Shown piece after piece: positions 1 through 15,058 of a stretch of DNA of 64,000 bases. This DNA is from Paraspadella gotoi. Lineage: Eukaryota > Animalia > Chaetognatha. The notes under the pieces were generated by a model. It saw only the letters and a list, made by a program, of their open reading frames with translations, did not search any database and was not told the DNA's origin. The position numbers were made by a program, and so were the translations under genes. Each line of letters opens with the position of its first letter. The stretch's first letter is position 1. Location of the stretch: positions 4,584,209 through 4,648,208 of the forward strand of contig CM119263.1 of assembly GCA_051294375.1 (NCBI GenBank), written 5' to 3'.

Positions 1-92
1 GTTCATTAGCCAAGTTTCATTACCGAAAAAAAACGAGATTTAGAGAAACGAAAGTTGTAACGACTTTGTGTGTGAGAAAAAAAAGAAGAAAG

Positions 93-131
<39 letters not shown>

Positions 132-493
132 AATGGATCGCTGTTGTTTCCTTCCTTCCTTCATTCATCTTCCTTCATTTGTCATCGCCATTCACTTTGT
201 CACCTTCTTCCTTAGCCATACACCTTCATTTGTCAATTTTTTCTTCTTTGTTTCTGGGATTTGGCCGATCGCTCGATTTTTTGGTAGGTTTTTTCCCCCA
301 TTGGCTAATAGACATTAACCTTAAAAACTACAATATTTCACCAACATTAGTCTCTGTATTAATTTAGCTAATCAGCTGATTTTTGTCGTTTTTGGCTAAT
401 ACAAATTATACTCAGTTTACCAATAATATTAGTCTCTTTAAATTCTTACAAAGAAATAGAAATGACTATCCTTTCAAAAATTAATTAATTAAT

Positions 494-592
<99 letters not shown>

Positions 593-1720
593 TATTTAAT
601 CCAGTCCATCCCTCTAAACTTCCTTCCTTTCTCACCTTCGACGAAAACAGAAAAAAAAAACAATTCGGTTTCTCTGTTTTTTTTTCTACGCCTTAAATTT
701 TCTTTTCTTGTTTTGTTTATGTTTTGTTTGTTTTTGTTTGACCTTCCTGTTTTGGCCAGGATGACGATTCGTTGGGTCAAGATATTCTTGTTTGTTTGAT
801 AAATGTAAAACATATAACACTTTAACACTGTCCCTGACTCAATTTGTAAAGACATCGATGATGACAAGCTGAATATTAAATATAATTAAATCTATTAATT
901 AATTAATTATATCCTCTATTAATTAATTAATTCTATTAATTCAATTAATTAATTAATCAATTAATTAATTAATTAATCGCTAGCAGATCCGACATTGTTT
1001 GCTCATACACTCTGTTTCTTTCTCCTACGTCCCTCTTTCACACATTTCTCTTTTTCTTGTGTTTTGTTCTTATGTTCTTGTTCTTCGCTCTTTCTTATGG
1101 TTCTGACCTCCTTTCTCCGTTTTTGGCCCAGCATCTGATCTGATTCGTTGGGTCAAGTCACTGCTTCGCCTCCTTCGTCTCCCCCCCCTCTATCCTCTAT
1201 TCTTCTTTACTCCTCAAGAGAGAAAGAAAAACTACTTTTCGGTTGGAAAGACAAAAAACATTTTCTTTTCTTTTCCTTTTCTGTCTGTCGTTTGTCTGTC
1301 TGTCCTGTCTGTCTGTCTGTCTTTCTTCTTCTCTCTCTCTCTGTTCTCTCTCTCCCAATCCCTCCTTCCTCTCTCTCTCTCTCTCCTCATCTTCTCTCTC
1401 TCAATGGGTGACTTCCCTCCTCTTCCACTCTCTCTCTCACTCTCTCTCTCCTTCTCAACTTTTCGACTTCTGTATTCTCTGTTTAATTTTCTGTCCATCC
1501 CTCTGCATCTACATCTCTCTCTCTCTCCTCGCTCTCTCTCATCTAGCTTAAAACTTGAAATCTCCTTGCTAAATGACCAAATTACCCTCAACTCATCGTT
1601 TACTACAAAGAAAATATGACCTACGACCTCAATCCACTACAGTATCATAACTACATTCGTGTAGACGGTTCACTACCACCCCAACAAGCGCCGCCCCTCA
1701 ACACCCATAGTTCTCCTCAC

Positions 1721-4365
1721 CTTGTGCGCCTGCCGGCATGTCTTCGCCGTTGTCCCAAACTGCACCACGCACGACCGCAGCCCGACGGGCACTCTCCTCT
1801 GGTCCGTGCAGCGCGGGCGGTGGGGAAGGCTTGCGCCGCGACCCAGTCAGCGTGACGGCTCACGCCGAGGACCCATGATATCGTTCGGGACAAATCCCAT
1901 GCGTCTGAGAGAGAGAGAGAGTAGAGAGAGAGAGAAGAGAGAGAGAGAGCAGAGAGAGAGAGAAGAGAGAGAGAAGAAGAAGGAGAGACAGAGTAAAGAG
2001 ACTAGAGAGAGCGAGAGACGCTTAAAAGCGAATTGCCCAGTTGAAAAAGATTGCTTTTTTTTTCTTTTTCTTTCTTCCTTCCTTCTTTCCTTCTATCTTT
2101 CTTTTCTTCTTCCTCTCTTTTTTCTCAATTTTGTTTTTTTATCTCACTTACTTACCTCTCTCCTTTCCATTCTCTATCTCTCCTTTTCTTTCTCCTTTAT
2201 TATCGCCTCTTCTCCCTCTCTTTCTCCTTTTTTTCCTCCTTCTTTTCCTCTCCTTTCCTCCCTCTCTTCTTCCCTCTTTTTTTCCCCGTCTCCTTATCAC
2301 GCTTCCTTTCCTCCTTCACTTTTCTCTCCTTTCCTCTATCTCTCCCCTCTCTCCTTTTCTCCATCCTTTATCTCTCCTTTCCTCCGGCTCTTCATCTCTC
2401 TAATTTCTCCATCTCTTCCTCTCTCCTTCCTTTTCTCTCTTCCTCTCATCCTTTCCTCCCTCTTTCCTTTCCTCCTCCCTCACTTCTTCTCTCCTCCATC
2501 TCTCTACCCGGTCGCCGATGAATGCTTCCTTTTCTGGTCTCTGGCGCCTGTACTTTTTCTTCGCACCATCGCTACCGTCGTCGTCGTCATCTATCATCAT
2601 ATCGTCGTCGTCATCGTCGTCGTCTTGTCGTCGTCGTCGTCATCGTTGTCGTCCGTCATTCGTCCGTANNNNNNNNNNNNNNNNNNNNNNNNNATCGTCG
2701 TATACTTTCTTGTGTTTTCTTTTTTTCTCTCGTGTCGCAAGTTTGTTGCTTCTCTCGTCATTAGCGGCTCCGCCATCTTCGTCGTCGTCGTCGTCGTCAT
2801 CGTTAACTTTCAATTCGTCACCGTGGTGGTCGTCGTCGTAGTCGTCGTCGTCGTCATCGTCGTAGTTGTCGTCCTCATAGACGACAGGAATGTTGCCGTA
2901 GAACGGAATCCCGAATGGATTTTTGAAATCTTTATTAAAATGTCATAGTTGACGTCGTCAATGTCAGAGATCATCGTAGTTATCATTAACTTTCAATTAG
3001 TTACTGAAGTCACTGTCATTGTTTGTAAAGTCCGGACGACTATCTACAACTCAGATGCTCTTTTATATTGGAGATATCGATGTTCGTCTCTTTCTCGCTG
3101 TCGCAGTCATTCGTTGTAACGGGACTCTTCTCCGAAATAAGACGTTGAAACAGTTTATTCGTTTATTCGTCATTGTCTTCGAATTCATTAACTTCATCAT
3201 TGACATTGCTGTTGTAGTTTCAATTTCCCCCAAAGCTGCTATAGAACAGAATGTTGCTTGGTCCTTTGAAATCTTTCTTCAAATTTCATCCTCGATTTGG
3301 TCATAATAATTTCGTCGTAAGCATTTCGTCATTTCAATATTTTAGTGCAATCACTGTTGTCATTGTCATTGCCCTTATTTTAATCATCATTGTTAATTTG
3401 TCACTGTTGTCATCGTCAATGGAATCCCAAGAACCCCAAGAATCATTTTCATTGCGTTGTCGCGGCCATAGTCATAATTGAGTCACCATCGTCGTTGTCT
3501 TTGTACTCATTATTGTCGTCATTGTCATCACTCATTATCATCATTGTCATCACTCATTGTCATCCTCGTCGTTCACCCGAAAGTTGCCGTAGAACGGAAT
3601 GCCGCAAGGATCTTTGAATTCTTTCTTCAAATGTCCTCGGTCGTTCTTGACTACGATATCCGTGACTTCACAAGCGTTTTTGAACCTTTTCCGAGGCCGG
3701 AAATGGGGGGAAGGGGGCGATGGAGGGGGGATCGGGGGTTGTTGAAGGGAGTTAGAGGGGTGTTTTGAATGGGGGGAAGGGTGTGGCGATGGAGGTGGAA
3801 ATGGGGTTGTTGAAGGGGAAAGGGGTTTTGAAAGGTGGGAAAGGGGGGCGATGAAGGTGGTTGGACGGTTGTGAAGGGGGAAAGGGGTTTATCTGACCAA
3901 GGTGGGAAAAGGGGGCGCATGGATGGTGGGAATGGGGGTTGTTGAAAGGGGGGACTGGGATAGTGGGCGTTAAAAAGAATGAAATGGGTGTTGTTGAGTG
4001 AGAGGTAAGGAGAGCAAGAGATAAGGGGGAATCGAACGAGATATCAATGGTTTGAAAAATGTAAGAAGAAAGGATTTAAATAAGAATAAAAAAGTTGAGT
4101 TAAGAAAAAAAAAGAAGATAAAGGGAAGCGAGTAAAGGAAGAAAGCACTATGAAAAGAGGATAGAGAAGCGAAAATGATATTTATGGAGATAAGGAAATT
4201 ATAACTAAAAGAAAGTAATGCGTGAATAGATATAATGATAAATAATAAAAAGAAGACTCGAGGACAGGATCTTAAATGCCCCCTCCCTCTCTCCATCCCT
4301 CCACCGCGAGGTCACGTGCGATGCTGATCTTTTTTTCGCAAACGAGAAACAATCAAAACACAATC

Positions 4366-4404
<39 letters not shown>

Positions 4405-4405
4405 A

Positions 4406-4495
<90 letters not shown>

Positions 4496-4795
4496 AAGTC
4501 TCGGCTGGCGGGGTTCTTTACTCGTGATAGCCCATTGTGTGTTTCAAATAACAGTTTGAACTTTAAGGAAAGTTTTTCGATTTTAATACTAAACTCACTT
4601 ATTTTCTTTATTAAATTGCGTACAAAGAAATTCGCGGGCGAAAACAGTTGACGAATCCTCACGGGATTGAAGGAAAGTTTTGGTCCCGAAATCCCAGAAT
4701 GGTTTTTAAATCAAGACAAAGAGTTTCGCTATTGTTTTTTCTCTTCCCTCGTGATGTTATTTTCTTTTCACACTTAAAGTGAGAACTCTTCTCCT

Positions 4796-4886
<91 letters not shown>

Positions 4887-5091
4887 ATCCACCAAATTCC
4901 CTCCAAACCTTAAGATCCTCCCGTTTGAACGGACCGCAGTCTCTCTTGACCCGTACGGGCGGGTCGTACGGCACTCCCTTCCATCCCGCGCGTACGTACG
5001 TCCCGTTGGCCGCCTTGTCCAACTCCCACTCTTGGTTGTGCGTTCGTTCGTATGGAAAGTTGTATTGATTCGCGTAGTAAGAAGTGGCCAT
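1721..5091 (-). CDS. CFAP126: Flattop/CFAP126-like ciliary protein, multi-exon, with Asp-rich insert (consensus frameshifted); may continue left of 1721
   Basis: Exon 5091-4909 reads MATSYYANQYNFPYERTHNQEWELDK, matching human Flattop MATNYSANQY-x11-W-x3-K, and ends at a GT donor. Exon ~3696-2508 opens with PRKRFKNACEVTDIVVKNDRGHL (Flattop IIANDRGHLL). Exon 1904-1721 (AG..GT) reads WDLSRTI...PTAR (Flattop TWQMP..IP...LTSR region). The middle exon has stops, frameshifts, an N gap and a non-AG acceptor (TTTCCGG). Confidence 0.7.
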
Positions 5092-5530
5092 GACTTTAGT
5101 AGTTGTAGTTGAGACTTTGGGAGAAGCGGTTGATTGTAATATTAAAAAAATAAAAGAGAGAAATAAAAAAAAATAAATAAAAAAAAAATTAAGAAAAAAA
5201 TAAAATAAAAAAAAGTCTGAAACGAAAGAGTCTCTACATGGCGATTTTAAACTAAAAACATTTCAAACTGTTTTGTACTGACGCAATGAACTGTGATAAT
5301 CGTTTCGACATCGGCTGCACTTGGTAACAATATTATCATTCTTTGAACATTAACATTTTGTTAAGAGTAATTTTTAAGCAGAAGTCTAATTTAATAATGA
5401 AGAAATTTCAGTATACAATTCATATAACGTTGTTTTGTTTTTTTTAAATCCTTTTTCATCGCAGCCTTTATTTCTCCTTTTTTCCCTCCACAGTGATTCA
5501 TGTTTCTCTCTCTCTCTTTTTATTCCACAG

Positions 5531-5635
5531 TGGTTGAAACTGGTGGAGGATAAAGAATTAAATCAAAAGGAACTCAACCGATCCAACACGATTCAACTTC
5601 AGGGAATTCGATACCGATTCCTCAAGAAAGGAGAG
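5531..5635 (+). CDS. FGFRL1: FGFR-like 1 (nou-darake family) exon, Ig3 first part
   Basis: CAG|...|GTGAG, 105 nt, phase 0/0. WLKLVEDKELNQKELNRSNTIQLQGIRYRFLKKGE aligns to human FGFRL1 WLKRVEYG..HNSTIDVGGQKFVVLPTGD. Confidence 0.8.
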
Positions 5636-6277
5636 GTGAGCTGAAACGGGAAACATTTCTTGGTGTTGGATTTTGTGTGGCTAATTAATTAATACAAGCT
5701 TCTGGTTTATGTTTTATTTACGATGTCGTACAAACCGTTTCGGCAGTCGCGCCAAAAAGTTTAATTTGATTTAAAACATGCTTTGGTCATTATTAATCTG
5801 TTTTGTCTATCTTTAGTTTTGTATTTTGATACTATCCCACAGTACTTTCGGGGTTAATACATAGTCTTTTATCAAACTAATTACAATAAAACTAAAATAC
5901 GTCGACCATAATTTATTATTAATTTTTGAGCGCGCAATAAAAAAAAACCATACAGATGGGTGTCTTCTCTATCGATTGCTCGTCGCCATATTGAAGTCAA
6001 CCTATTGCAATCTGCAATTGAGGAATGGCAAAGCGAATCTGCAATTGAGGATTGGCAAAGCGCGTCTTGAAAAAATAAGTGTGGGAATGAAAAGAAACGA
6101 GCGGAGTATAATGGGAGGGACTAAGAGAGAGAGAGAGAGAGTAGAGAGGAAGAGATGAGAGAGAGAGAGAGATGAAGAGGGAGAGAAGAGGAGAGAAGAG
6201 AGAAGGAGGAGAGAGGCGCACGCGATCAGGAGAGACGGATGAGGAGAGGAATGAAAAGTCAGATCCAAAAAGAAATT

Positions 6278-6398
6278 TTTCGACTCATTAGAGCTTGAAA
6301 ACAGTTTTAATTCAAGATTCTTTTGCAAATGAAAGGAGGGCGAAATTTGTTTTGAAAGAATTTGAATTCGGCGGTGCAAGAGAAAGAGAAGAAAGAAA

Positions 6399-6447
<49 letters not shown>

Positions 6448-7481
6448 AAAGAAAAAAAGAAAGAAAGAAAGAAAAGGAAAGAAAGAAAGATAAAAGGAGA
6501 AAGAAAGATAAAAGAAAGAAAGATTAAAAGAAAGACAGATATAAAAATAAAGAAGGAAAGCAAGCAGGAAAAAAAAGAAAGACAGCAATGTAAGCCAAGC
6601 AAGCTTGCGACCAAGCAGCAACGGAAAATCAAGAAGTCAAAAAAACTGTTTCGATTCGTCGAATTCAAGAAACGAAGTTTCTACGATTTAATCGTTGTCG
6701 TGTGTCGGGTTTTGTTGTCGTTGTTGTTGTGTTCGTCGATGTTTGTTTGTCAGCGAATTATCGAATTCCCTTCTGACGTCCGGGAGTCTCGAGTCTTATC
6801 CTTTTTTCAATTAGATTCTTTTTCAAATGAAAATTCCAATAAATCGAAGACCGAAAACTCAGTTCCCCTTATCCTCTGCCCCCCCCCTCCCCCCCTTTAT
6901 GAGTCCGACAAGCATAGGCACGGGAAGAGCAAAGAGCGAGAGGAGGGATGGAGAGACGGAGAGAGAGAAGCGCAGCGAATGAGAAGTCGAAGAGAGACGA
7001 AGATGAGACGGAGATAGATGAGAGAGAGACGAGACGGATGAGACGAGAGAGAGAAGAGAAGTGGAGTTTCGTGCCAGGCCCAATATTAGGAGAGATATCG
7101 GAGAGTGCGGGAGAGTAGGGGCGGTGAGTGGGGCGGGGTTGGAGGTCAGGGGGGGGAGGGGGCCCGGAGCGGGGGGTCGGGAGGGGGAGGAGGGTGGGGC
7201 AGAGAGAGAGCGAGGGGTGGGGGTGGGTGGGGGGGGTGGAGCCAGAAACGATTAGCATTATTTCTGCCCATTACGGATCTTTTATCAGGATAGATCGCGT
7301 GGAATAGCAAAGGAATTCTTGAATCAGAGCAGTTAAGGAAAATATCCCTGAATTGTCTTCTCTCTTCTCTGCTTTCTCTTCCTCGACAAGTCGGGGGGAA
7401 GAAAAAAAAGGTCACGACTTGCCAATAGAGAAGAGAGAGAGAGAGCAGACTGAGAAGCAGGAGGATGAGGGAGAGGAGAGA

Positions 7482-7518
<37 letters not shown>

Positions 7519-9157
7519 TTTAACTCCTTTAGCGCGTGTCTTCTCTCTTGGACTCTTCTCTCTTCCTCCTTCCTGTCGTTTTTATTTTCCTTGTTTTACA
7601 TAAAGAATTTATTTGTGTTTTTTCCCTTTTTTTCGCTTTTCTTTTTTCCTCTTTTTCTTTCTTCTCCTTTCCTTTTCTTCTTTTTCCTCCCTTTCTTTTT
7701 TCCTCCTTTTCCTTTTTCCCTCCCTCAGGATGACGGCCAAAGCCCTCTCTTACCCTTCTTTCGTCGCCATAGTGTTTTTTTTTAGTTTGTGTTTAACTTA
7801 AATTCTTTTTGTATTCAGTTATTCTTTTGTACAAAAAAAGTGTTTAAACCAACAGGGTGAATTCCGCTTGAAATTTATTAACGTTCTCTTTTTTCGTTTC
7901 AAACCGTTTTTTACTTGTCCAACATTTTTGTTTAACATTTGTTTATCTTTCCTTTTTTTCCCCTTAATTAATTTTCACTTCCTTTTTTGAATTATGTTGG
8001 TTTTTTTTTGTTCATTTTTGTTTTTAGGTTCCGATGTTTAATATTTCCGCCTCTCTCTTCTCTCTCTATCTCTTCTTCTCGTCTCTTTACCTTATGTTTT
8101 CCATAAAAAATGCGATCGAAAACAATATTCAAACGGAGAATTTTTTTTTAAAATTTTTATATCGCGATTAAAAAACTATTTTTTTTAATATCCCTTGGCG
8201 TTTATTTTAATTCATCCTAATTTATTCTTCTTCTCTCTTTCATTATCTCTCTCTCTCTCTCTTTCTTTTCTTTCTTTCTTTATCTCGTTTTATTAACGGT
8301 TATGACCTTCTCAGCAACTCACTGTAAGTTTTTAAAGAGATCGAGGGATAATTATTCATTGCATTGAACGCAACCACGATTGCACTCATCGACCACCTTT
8401 CCCGCGACTTTGTCTTTTGGAATTTCACAAATGTTTCGTGAATTTCGACCTCACTTTGTGACATGCTGACGCATCGCACTCGTAAACTTGTGGAATTATG
8501 GCGTTTGGCCATACCGCTCAGCATCCGGAACTCACGTCATGCCCCCACAATCGTTTGTATGTCTCACGTTTCTGTGAAACCGAATTTGAATCATCGGTAC
8601 GCATGAAAAGCGATAAAAACGAAGAAATCGTTAATTTACTTTTTGATTTTATTTTAATTTTTTTAGTTGTTTTTTTTATTCAGAAAGTTTTTGTGTGTTT
8701 TAATTTGAAAAATATAGATTTTCTTTTTGCTTGACCTGTTCCCGTGTTGTTTTCTCGAAGCCATGAACCCCAAAAAAAAACAAAGTAAATTTGACTTTAA
8801 CTCATCCAATTTTAGTTATTAAAATCATTTTTGTATAATTCTATAATTTTCAACGCTGCGACGTTTCATTGGACTTAAGTTCAATTTCAAAACGTTAGCC
8901 TTTTATTTTTCTTCATCGCTTCGTCCTCAGATCGTAAGCAGCCTCACGCTTCACTTCCATCCTCCACCCGCCCGAAATTCCTTTACCAACTTTTCACGCT
9001 CGGTGACTCTCAAGTTCAATTCACTCGGAAAACTAAATCGATTCACGATTTTTTATTCATTACGAGAATAAAATCGAAAGGAAAAATTATTTTTTAGTGA
9101 TAACGATTTAAAATGAATGCGTTTAACTTATAAATTTTTGGCGGTTTTATAAACTCC

Positions 9158-9237
<80 letters not shown>

Positions 9238-10638
9238 CTCTCCTTCCCTCCTCCTCCCTCTCCCTCCCATCTCCCTCAACCACTAACATCTAATCATACA
9301 AATAACATCCTTTTCCTGATGCGCTTCCCTCTCTTCCCCTCCCAATCTCCCTCGAACAATCACAGGCCCTGGTAATTCTTCCCGACGATCTTACGTTGAA
9401 TAAACTCATCATAGACGACCATACATTAGACAGACGCAGGGATGTACAATCTGTCTGGGGACGAACCACGAAAGGGTTCAAGTTATCGCCGCGCCCTTTC
9501 TCAGCGTCCAAACCTTCTCAGGGTAAGTGATCCCTTTGTTTTGTTTGTTTTTTGGTTTTTTTTGGTTTGTGTTGTTTTTGTTTGTTTTTGTTATTTATTT
9601 TTGTTTTGTTTGTTCGTTTTGCTTTTTGAGGGGAGGTTTTAAATACTTTTTAAATAAGATTATTTAAAGTAATTCCGAACTTTACAAACATATTAACATT
9701 AACTAACTTCGGACTAAAAACTTACGCTGGAGTATCAAATTGTTAAGATCCACACTTTGATCGTCAAAATATCAAATTAATTCTCATCTTCAAAATTAAT
9801 CGAGCGTGACTTCCCTCAGATTTCACCCTTTTTGTGAAAATCCCTTTCACAAAAAAAAATAAACACAAAAAAAAAAAAAAGAACAAAACAAACTTTTAGT
9901 CGCCTTAGACTTCCCCAACGACCGAATTTAAATTCCCTTCGAAGGAAATAAAATGCCCCCGCGTGCTGACCCGACGGCCCCGGAGCCGGGCAGCGCCGGG
10001 CAGCGCCCGGGCCAGCGCCCGGCAGCCCGGACGTGGTTCGGTCGGGTCCCCTACTTTGGTGCCTGACTTCGTCGAATTCCCGGAACTTGAAACGACCCCG
10101 GGTTCGACTGACCCACGAGCGAGCTACGATCGGGCCGTGGAACCTTTCTTTTGACCCTTTTTTGACCCCGGGAGAGAGAGAAGAGAGAGAAAAGAGAGAG
10201 AGAGAGAGGAGAGAGAGATGAGAGAAGAGAGAGAGAGAGATAGAGAGAGATGAGGAGGAGAGAGAGAGAGAGAAGAGAGGTTTCGTCGTTTCGTCGTTAA
10301 GCCAAACGCGCCCGCTCGTTCGACGCTTTTTTTTTTTTGTCCGAGCGCGATGACGTCCGAGGATTTCATACAACGTCACGTGGACCCCGTTGTTGTTGTT
10401 GCTTATTTCTCGTCAACTCAGTAATCGCCAATTCATTCACGTGCGTTTAATTTGGCCGCAACAGCGGAATGTCAGTGGAATTTAAATTCGGAATAATTTT
10501 GTCTTAATAAGGTTATTTCTCAACATTGTATAATTCAATCACCCCTTTTAACCTTTTTCGAAGGGATACCAATCTAATAAAACAAAACTCCCGGATTCTG
10601 GACACGAACCCAGACTTTCACATCACTGCGGGTCGATG

Positions 10639-10698
<60 letters not shown>

Positions 10699-13043
10699 TC
10701 TCCTCTCTCTCTCTCACCTCTCCCATCGGACGATGATGAGGTTTCGAGTTATGAAGAAAAATGTGAGGAGATTAAGTTGACTCAACTTTTTATGGTCAAA
10801 AGATTTTTTGGAGAAAAATGAAATTGACATGGAGAAAAAAGACAATGACGGCATGATGAAGGAAAGGACAATGGCATGGAGAACAGAGTCCAGAATGGAG
10901 AGGTGGAAAGTGGGAGGAGATATGTATTGTGACTGGGGAAATATTTAGGGTGACAGAAGGCAGAATGCAATGTGGGAGAGAGAGGAAAGGACATAGAGAA
11001 TGGAGGGAGAATGGCAAGGTGGCTAAGAGAGAATGGCATGGAGCGCAAACCTTACAAGTGTAGAGATCGATATTTGCATTTTAGGCATGCTTATTATTCA
11101 ATTGCTTGAATAATGCATGGTGAACCAAATGACCATGTTGCCCCAAAGGAATTAAAGAATCAACGTCAATAAAGGAAATAAGACAAAAAAAGCGAAAGGC
11201 TGTTTGGTTCTATTAAACTAAAACCACAAGCGATAAAGTGCATAATTTAATAACCCTACTTACTTTTAAAAAATCCACTTCAAGTTTTAAAAAAAAGAGG
11301 GTCCATCGCATCTCGCTTTCCCGGTCAAGACCCGTCAATCCAATTTTTTTCCCGCAATTTTTAGGGTTTCTCTTCTCCTTTTTTTTTTCTTAAAGTTGAT
11401 TTTTTTTCTTTGTTTCTTTATGTTGGGACTTCTTCCCTCTCGTTTTTCCCTCCTTTTCCTTTTTAAGGTTTCTTTCTCTCTTAATATAGTATATAGTATA
11501 TAATACATATATATATAGTAGGTAGGGGTGGGGAGAGTTCTTAAAAACCTTTTTATCAATCATTGTTTTATGAAAATTTGGCGTAACACGAAATATAAAA
11601 ATCCTCTATTTCATTTAATAAAGTTAACTCTTCCCTGCCTTTGGACAGCTTTTTTAGTGTTAATGTCTCCATCCCTCTCACAAGAAAAATAACATATCAG
11701 GACCTGCAAGCTTTCAATCAAGAACTCTCTCACAGTCTCGTTATCACTCTCAAAAAGTACCTGGCTTCCCTATCACTGAAGTTGTATTAATGTTTCCTTT
11801 ATATTTCCTTAATATTAAACTTAGATTTTCCCTTTTAATAATATAATTCTTGCGATCAACCAGCAAGCACCAATGGCTTCCGTTGACAGACGCCGAAGAA
11901 AATTTAAGAAAAACGAACGACGAAGACGACGCACGACTACAAACCGACAACAAAGCCGACGAATACGACAACAACAAACAACGACATCGAGGAAAACGTC
12001 TCGACATAAACAGGAAATTAATAAATCGATGAGAAAATTAATTTTCGTTCGTCGGAACTCATGAATTGGATTTCAAAAACTTTTAGTTGAGATTCATTTT
12101 TATTCCAAGAAGAAGAAAAAATTTTTTCTTTTATTTAAATCTCTATTTTTTTAGTTTTTTTTAGTATTTTTTTTTTTGCTTTCTTTCTTTCTTTCTCTCT
12201 TTCTTTCTTTCTATCTTTCTTTCTTTATTTCTTCTTTCTTTCCTTCCATTTCTAATTTTTTCATTCATTCTATAAAATTTTTCTTTTCACTTCATTTATG
12301 GAATCCATTCCCCTCATTTTTCGCTTTTCATTTCCCTTTTTCTTCATTTATGTTTTCCGTTTCGAACATCAGCGCATCGAAGCTTTTCCATACCTTAAGC
12401 AATTCACGCTTTACATTTTCCGTTTATATTCTCTTTTAGCCCTCATTTATTCAATACTCCCTTGTTTTTTGAAACAGTTAAATTGCAGTAATAATAATAT
12501 TTTAATAATTAAAATAAAACTTATTTTTTTAAATAAATTACTATAGTTAAAACAAAAAAAAAATTTAATTCCACTCAAAATTTTTTTCTTTTTCCTCATA
12601 TACTTTTTTTAAAAAAAGGCAAATCCTTCCTTTAAAAGATAACCACCTTTTGCTATCAATTGCTATTTTTTTCTGACCTTTTTCTGCCTTTTTTTTTATA
12701 CTGACATTTTTGTTTTTCTCGTATGGAAAATCACCGTCGTCGACGCTTCAAAAGATTCGAGCGAAGAAAAAGTTGAGGCGAAACGAAACGAGATAGATGC
12801 AAAACCAAACGGGGAAAAAAATATTTTAAAAATTAATATTATTAATATTTATATAATTTAATAGTTGCGTCAAAGTTTCAAACAAATTGACCTCCTTTCG
12901 CATTGGAGCTAAACGTTGTGAATTTTAGAAAAAATACCAAATTCAAATCCGAAATCCAATCTATTTCACTGGGGAATTTGAAGTTTTTATTTTTCCGCCG
13001 TAATTGAATGGCTAGATGTCGAAACGACGAGCATTGAGAGAGA

Positions 13044-13077
<34 letters not shown>

Positions 13078-14890
13078 AGAAGAGGAGAGAAGAAGAGAGA
13101 GAGATAGAGAGAGAGAGGAGAGAGGAGAGAGAGAGAGAGCAAAAAAAAAGGGAAAACGTAAATTAAGGAAAATTAGGGCGACTCGAGAGACCCGGTCGTC
13201 GTTTGAAATCCCAATTTGCTAAATTGCTTTCGAAGCTGAAGTCAAAGAAATTTTCGATACCTGAAATTTCTTCAGCACGAGATTCGATCCTTTGACCTTT
13301 CAGACCAAACAAAAAATTTTATAAGTTAAACGAGCGGGATAGTAAGTTACAGTATCACAGCATCACTACTGCGCGTTAAAAATTTCTTCCTATTCACCAC
13401 AGTTCACTTTAATCTGACACAGGACTCACCTCACTTTTCTTTTTTACTTTTCACTCCAACTTTACCTCACCCTTCTTTCTGCTTCTTTACCAAATGCTCT
13501 CCTTTAATTATCCCTTACCTTTTTTTTTTCATTAGTCGCTTCGAATGTTTTAGTCACATAACCTTTCCTAGGGTTTTACTTAATTTTCCTTATTTCTTTG
13601 TCCCTCTTATTTATTCTTTTCTTTTTATCTTTTCTCATCTTTTTTTCTTTTCTCATCTTTTCTTTCTCGTCTTTTCTTTTCTTTTCCTTTCCTCATCTTT
13701 TCTTTTCTTTCTTTTCTTTTATCTTCCTTTCTTTCTTTTTCTTCATTTTTCTATCTTTTCTCATCTCTTTTCCTTTTTTTCTTTTTTTTCCTTTTCTTTT
13801 CATTTTTTTTTCCTTTTTCTCATCTTTTTCTTTCTTTCTTTCTTTTCTTTTCTCATTTTTTCATATCTTTTCTGCATCTTTTCTTTCCTTCATCTTTTCT
13901 TTTCTTCATCTTTTCTTTTCTCATCTTTCTTTCCTTTTCTTTTCCCCTGACGCCCTCAATTCCAATAATTTTCTTCCGCCTCAAAAATGACTCTACGTCA
14001 GGCGTTTAGGTAACTGCGCCTGATCTGCAGGCCAGACGAGCAGGAGAGTTCGCGACCATCTCGCAAATCAATCCTGCATAGCTTCGACCGTTTGAAAGCG
14101 CACACAAAACTGAATTATAATATCTATAATGTTAATAAACAACGAGAAAAGACTTAAACACAACAAAGACAATCACGCGAGGGCGACTGCTACCTCGTGA
14201 GTCGAAGAAAATACAATAACGCCGAGAACAAACGTAACAAAAAAACCTTCGGAAAAAATGAAAATAAAAACAACGAAAATGTTGATTATTGCTGACGAAA
14301 AACTTTGGCGTCGGTCTGTCACCTTAATATCTTTGTCGGTCTTTCCTTCAATATCTTTGTCGGTCTTCGCCCTAATTTGCTTTGTCGTTCTTCGCCTTAA
14401 TATCTTTGTCGTCCTCGCCTTAATTTCTTTGTCGTCTTCGCCTTAATATCTTTGTCGGTCTTCGCCCTAATTCTTTGTCGGTGTTCCCTTAATTTCTTTG
14501 TTCGGTCTTTAACTTAATTTCTTTGTCGGCTTCCGCTTTAATTTCTTTGTCGGTTCTTCGCCCTAATTTATTTTTCAGTCGAAGCTCAATTTCTTTGTCC
14601 GGTAAAAGCTATTGACAACCGCTTCGTTGGCCAGCTTTCTTATCTATAAAAAGGTTCGCTATTGAATCAACTCAATAATCTTTGTCGGTCTCAACCACAA
14701 TACGTTCGGTCCCTTTTTCGGTCACTGCGACGTTCTTCGAGCGTCGGTTTGAAGCGTCGGCTAGAACGTCTTCTCTGTCGCGCTGCCTTGATCCAAAACA
14801 GTTTCTGCTTCCTGTTACAACTTTTTCTTTGGAAAAACGGTTTCGTGGCACGCACACATTTAGGTACGTTTTCTTTTCACCGCTTTTTCG

Positions 14891-14956
<66 letters not shown>

Positions 14957-15022
14957 TCCTTGACAAAGGAGAGTGTCGGTTAACAAGAAATGCGTAAGAA
15001 AGGGAACACGGTATCGCTGAGA

Positions 15023-15058
<36 letters not shown>

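Noticed and set aside
1722-2948. 408-aa plus-strand ORF and the many ERERER/SLSLSL/FFLS ORFs across the window
   Set aside because: Products of (AG)n and pyrimidine-rich simple repeats, or antisense shadows of real exons.
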